From a virus, in the IMG/VR virus record IMGVR_UViG_3300046804_001132, positions 1 through 64,000 of that record: a stretch of 64,000 nt of DNA; one strand, given 5' to 3'. The notes under the pieces are model-generated. The model ran no database searches. It worked only from the letters and a program-made list of their open reading frames with translations, and was not told the origin of the DNA. Made by a program: the position numbers and the translations under genes. How positions within the stretch are numbered: the stretch's first letter is position 1; the number at the start of each line of letters is the position of its first letter. Below, one piece after another: positions 63,958 through 64,000 of this stretch.

Positions 63958-64000
63958 TACACGACCCGCTGTGCGAATGGTCAACGCCGTGTATTCACGG
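63954..64000 (+). CDS. Start of another HDPLC-family ORF (truncated)
   Basis: AAGGAG RBS, MIHDPLCEWSTPCIH... Confidence 0.45.
   Translation, partial: MIHDPLCEWSTPCIH

Noticed and set aside
1-64000. Stop-codon reassignment or suppressor tRNAs
   Set aside because: Long genes are intact in the standard code, all three stops are used, and no tRNA has a CTA, TTA or TCA anticodon.
1-64000. Integrase, repressor or att site indicating a prophage
   Set aside because: None was recognised in this window and no host-like flank is present; lifestyle cannot be settled from this slice.

Overview
A 64 kb slice of a large, AT-rich, long-tailed (siphovirus-type) dsDNA phage. All credible genes are on the + strand. 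The host is most likely an actinobacterium, inferred from WhiB, many leaderless transcripts, an actinophage-type lysin and a secreted lysozyme-like protein. Gene order: end of a tail fibre gene, class II ribonucleotide reductase, a head/neck/tail module (portal, protease-scaffold, major capsid, tail tube, frameshifted tail chaperones, 2132-aa tape measure, tail tip), a replication/recombination module (DnaB, primase, gp32-like SSB, DnaE, RecA, Cas4-like nuclease, two resolvases), terminase genes far from the portal, and an accessory region with nine tRNAs, WhiB, Dps, deaminase, lysin, UV-glycosylase, glycoside hydrolase, SPOUT methyltransferase, IMPDH/GMP reductase and an ABC-ATPase/GNAT fusion. 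The most interesting signal is that the C-terminal peptide of the protease/scaffold (K-S-L-W-D-G-R-F) is echoed at the extreme C-termini of four unrelated small proteins 37-48 kb away, usually just after a Lys site resembling a cleavage motif. This suggests a scaffold-mimic tag that loads cargo proteins into the prohead. Other notable items are a nested scaffold start, a tRNA with a UAU anticodon, a palindromic promoter/RBS-sequestering hairpin and a methyltransferase gene whose 3' end is a tRNA. All functional calls come from motif recognition by eye; no database searches were run.
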